A DNA stretch of 64,000 nucleotides, from the sequence record LC727697.1. One strand, written 5' to 3'. The position numbers were made by a program, and so were the translations under genes. Under the pieces are notes generated by a model. The model was not told the DNA's origin. It did no database searches and worked only from the letters and a program-made list of their open reading frames with translations. This document shows, piece after piece, positions 60,859 through 64,000 of the stretch (the first letter of the stretch is position 1; each line of letters opens with the position of its first letter).

Positions 60859-61405
60859 GATTACCTAATTTGGCAGTTTTTCTCATTTTCTTTGCCCAAT
60901 ACGGTTTGCTTACTCTGTGCGGTGCATAATAATGATCTGCGCCGTTGGTGGGATCGCTAGATAGTCTATTTATAGCCCTATATGCTACTATATTAGCTAA
61001 ATCCCATTTATCTTTTTCTTTAAAACCTTGTTTTCTACTGCCGTCGCAAGTATAACTAAATTGGCATTTATAGTAAACCACACTGTACGGGGTGTTGGGC
61101 CATCTAGTAGGATTCATGGCTCTATTTAATATCGTAAATGCTACACCTTGCATTCCGATCCTAGATTCACTACGCGCTTCATAATATATTGCTTCTGCTA
61201 CTGCCCTGCAATTCTTTCTTCTTTTACACAACGCTATATATGATTTTATTTTATCTTCATCATTTATAGCAAATTCTTCTTTTAGTTTTTCTTCTTTTAG
61301 TTTAAGGTTAGTAATGTATTCAAATTCTTTAGAATACATTTTGTCTGCTACCATACAACTTGCAGCGATAGCGAGACTAAGTAGAGTTGCCTCAGTTGTA
61401 GTCAT
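60839..61405 (-). CDS. SleB/Hydrolase_2 cell wall hydrolase
   Basis: AIYYEARSE...G..GVA.TILNR...WP....VVY...QFS ... DPTNGA.HY...GNH.FY. Confidence 0.9.
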   Translation of the reverse strand: MTTTEATLLSLAIAASCMVADKMYSKEFEYITNLKLKEEKLKEEFAINDEDKIKSYIALCKRRKNCRAVAEAIYYEARSESRIGMQGVAFTILNRAMNPTRWPNTPYSVVYYKCQFSYTCDGSRKQGFKEKDKWDLANIVAYRAINRLSSDPTNGADHYYAPHRVSKPYWAKKMRKTAKLGNHVFYKS

Positions 61406-61415
61406 GCAGAAATTC

Positions 61416-62460
61416 CTATAATTCTATTATAAGTATTTCGTCAGAATCTTTCGGAAAAGAAAACTTCTGTTTTGTTGTATGAATTCGTTTTTGATACCCA
61501 TCGGTGCATTTGTATATTTTAACAACATTTAGAAATCCTGTGTATTCTGTTTCTGTTTCTTCTAGAAATTCTAAATAACCTTCCTGTCTGATAACTATAT
61601 CGTATATTTCGGCATTACCCCGGCAAATACGTTGTTCTTTTATATAAACTCTCATTATTATATTTCTTTATATAAGATATTACTTCTGGATGTACTAAAT
61701 AATTTTTGGATGGATACACAAAAAACGAACCATTCAGTGTATTGTCGTATTTAAAAAAGTAATAGTTTGATAATTGTGTACCAAAATCATAAAAATTCAT
61801 TGATATAAGATTACATTTTGCTACAGAAATAATTCCTTTTGTATTACAGGCAATAAAATAATCCTCGTCGAGTGGCATGTCAATCGATATAGTGCAATAA
61901 TCCATGCTTAAGAGACGTTCAAATCTATATGCTCCTATAGTTGTACCTGCTAAATTACTTAACAGAAGTATTTCCGATAGATGATGTTTATGAACACATT
62001 TAAAGAAGACATAGAATCTTATATATTTTATATAAGCAACTTCGTTAAGGAACGCATAAATTGCGTTATACAGCTTTTTAAGCATAAGCGTATATAAGCT
62101 CTAGTGTTACATGTTTTTGTAGCATACGCGCAAATTAACGCGCAGTAAAGCGCGTTATTGTGTTAACTTTTTAAGTATAAGTAATTCTGTGTGTTCAGCT
62201 AGAGTGTATGTTGGCTGGTCAGCTTCTACATACTGAACAATTTCACATTCGTTGTATATGTCTTGTAAAACCGGGTTATTACGAATAGTAGTAAGATGAG
62301 ATCTAAGTTTACCTAAAGTATTGAATACTTTTCCCGGACCAGAAGTTACAAACGCCGGACTGGAAGACCCTGTGCTAAATGCACCGTCAGAAATGCGACG
62401 AATTCTATATAGTGCGCCTTTCGGTTCATATACTTTGCTATAATTAATTTTTTTCGTCAA
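61416..62460 (-). CDS. three hypothetical proteins (61416-61655, 61615-62085, 62155-62460)
   Basis: Co-oriented ORFs. Confidence 0.6.
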
Positions 62461-62968
62461 TTGAAATATCTCCTGTATATTTGTCCCAGCTAGTATGTAC
62501 GGTATTATCTTTTAAATCGTTTAACTTATGACACCATACTCCTTCGTTAGTTTCATCAAAACCTATATCATCTATCTTTAATATAGTGTTTTTATTGTAT
62601 TCGGATATATTTGGTATTTTTGCACTTATAATAGGAATAAATTTATCATACTTAGATAAATCCATTTCTAAAATTGCAGAAGAATTGCATATATCAAAAT
62701 CTAAAGTACACCAAAATCCTTTATTTAAGCAATGCAGTATCATTTGTTTCCATTTAATTACTTCTGTTATATCTATTTTGTGTAGAGGGAAACTTTGGTT
62801 AGCACCGAAATATATATGTTTACAGTTATGTTTCAGTGCATTACTTACTACTTCGTCACCGGCTTGGGGACCAGCAACAAAAAGTGTTTTTTCACCGTAT
62901 ACTGGAGTATGTTCGACTTCTGTTCCTATAAAATAAATTACTTCTTTTCTATCCATTGTTAGTTCCAA
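62444..62968 (-). CDS. conserved large-myovirus hypothetical protein
   Basis: YF.G.EVEHTP.YG.KTLFV.G ... HIYFGANQSF motif. Confidence 0.7.
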   Translation of the reverse strand: MELTMDRKEVIYFIGTEVEHTPVYGEKTLFVAGPQAGDEVVSNALKHNCKHIYFGANQSFPLHKIDITEVIKWKQMILHCLNKGFWCTLDFDICNSSAILEMDLSKYDKFIPIISAKIPNISEYNKNTILKIDDIGFDETNEGVWCHKLNDLKDNTVHTSWDKYTGDISIDEKN

Positions 62969-63861
62969 ATAATATAACCATAATTATAATGTTTCGGGCG
63001 ATTAATCCCTGTACTGAATGCACTTTTCCATTCAGTGTCTCTTTTATATCCCTTAGTCCAAAATTTATTAGGATCAAAGATTTTAGTTTCTACTATTCTA
63101 CATGCATCATTTAATGATTCGTAAAATTTATTATTATCGGGACTAGGGAAATTTATTGTAACAGATTTATGTGCTAATAGATTTAAATCTATTAAAGTTG
63201 GTTTACCTGCGGCACCTATTATTAATAAGGAATTCGTATTCAATATATTATTTGTTAAGGGTGTGTTTAAACCCTGCAGATCAAACACTATGTCATACAA
63301 GTGAATCGGTAGAGTATTATACAACGATTTATTAAAGATAGATTTATTATGAGATCCAACAACATATATTCTATTAGGATCAATATCGTGTTCTTTTGTT
63401 AAGACAGTATACAGTACAGATGCAACAAAACCAGATCCTAGAATAAGTATTTTACCTTCGTTTCTATTTAACTCTACGAATTTGTTCCAATTTTGTGTTA
63501 TTAAATTTAATGATCGAGCAATTGGTTCTAAAATATATCTAGGAGAACATTTAGGGATTTTTACATATTCTTCTGTTTTACAATTATAAAAATCTGAATA
63601 TAAATGATTCGTAGTTGTGGCTACAAAATCTCCCACTTTTACATCAGTAATTTTAGATCCAACTTTTGTTACTATACCTACACTTTCACAACCATATTTG
63701 TTACTAGCATAAGTTGTTTGGTTATAAATTACATTTAAATCATTATTGGAAACACCTACATATTTTGTTTTAACTTCAATTTCTGTATTTTTTATATCGG
63801 GCTTATCCCATACTGTTTCTTCGAATACATTGTTTATGGGATGAAAATAACGGACCTTCAT
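62959..63861 (-). CDS. MDR (GroES-like/zinc-binding dehydrogenase)-like protein, degenerate
   Basis: EIEVK..YVGV..ND ... G.E.VG.V..VG..I.DVKVGD.V ... LEP ... ILILGSG. Confidence 0.75.
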   Translation of the reverse strand: MKVRYFHPINNVFEETVWDKPDIKNTEIEVKTKYVGVSNNDLNVIYNQTTYASNKYGCESVGIVTKVGSKITDVKVGDFVATTTNHLYSDFYNCKTEEYVKIPKCSPRYILEPIARSLNLITQNWNKFVELNRNEGKILILGSGFVASVLYTVLTKEHDIDPNRIYVVGSHNKSIFNKSLYNTLPIHLYDIVFDLQGLNTPLTNNILNTNSLLIIGAAGKPTLIDLNLLAHKSVTINFPSPDNNKFYESLNDACRIVETKIFDPNKFWTKGYKRDTEWKSAFSTGINRPKHYNYGYIIWN

Positions 63862-64000
63862 TATAAATTCTCTATTTGTTTAAGTATCCATTCATCTATT
63901 AAATAATGATAACTCCAAAATCCTTCGTTACTTAAATTTTGTACACAGTTAGATATCATCCGAGAGTATGATGATTCTTCATTATAATCTATATCGAATA

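Overview
AT-rich (about 30% GC by eye) segment of a large lytic dsDNA phage, probably a jumbo myovirus of a GC-rich proteobacterium such as Pseudomonas. It resembles my unverified recollection of PA5oct-like phages. Almost everything is on the minus strand. 1-21.5 kb is an early/host-takeover region of promoter-gene-terminator cassettes with sigma70-type promoters. It carries about 17 copies of a hexamer-phased operator with Fur-box geometry, four promoter-driven, highly base-paired non-coding loci (candidate large ncRNAs), two paralogous GC-rich genes, and a GC-rich prophage-like island bracketed by a 54-bp direct repeat. 21.6-37.5 kb is a dense tandem array of at least about 40 diverged paralogous microproteins built from one or two copies of a roughly 45-50 aa unit, interrupted by a repeat-rich non-coding island at 28.4-29.2 kb. 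37.6-48.3 kb holds TilS, a TraR/DksA-like protein, an SGNH hydrolase, an HD-like protein and 12 tRNAs, including two Ile2(CAT), two Leu(TAA) and Arg(TCT), which match the AT-rich codons of the array. 48.3-64 kb holds zincin-motif proteins with capsid-targeting-like leaders, an AAA+ ATPase, a SleB-type cell wall hydrolase and an MDR-like protein. Several tracts of 80-220 bp entirely lack GA/TC dinucleotides. All calls are from manual reading; no searches were run.
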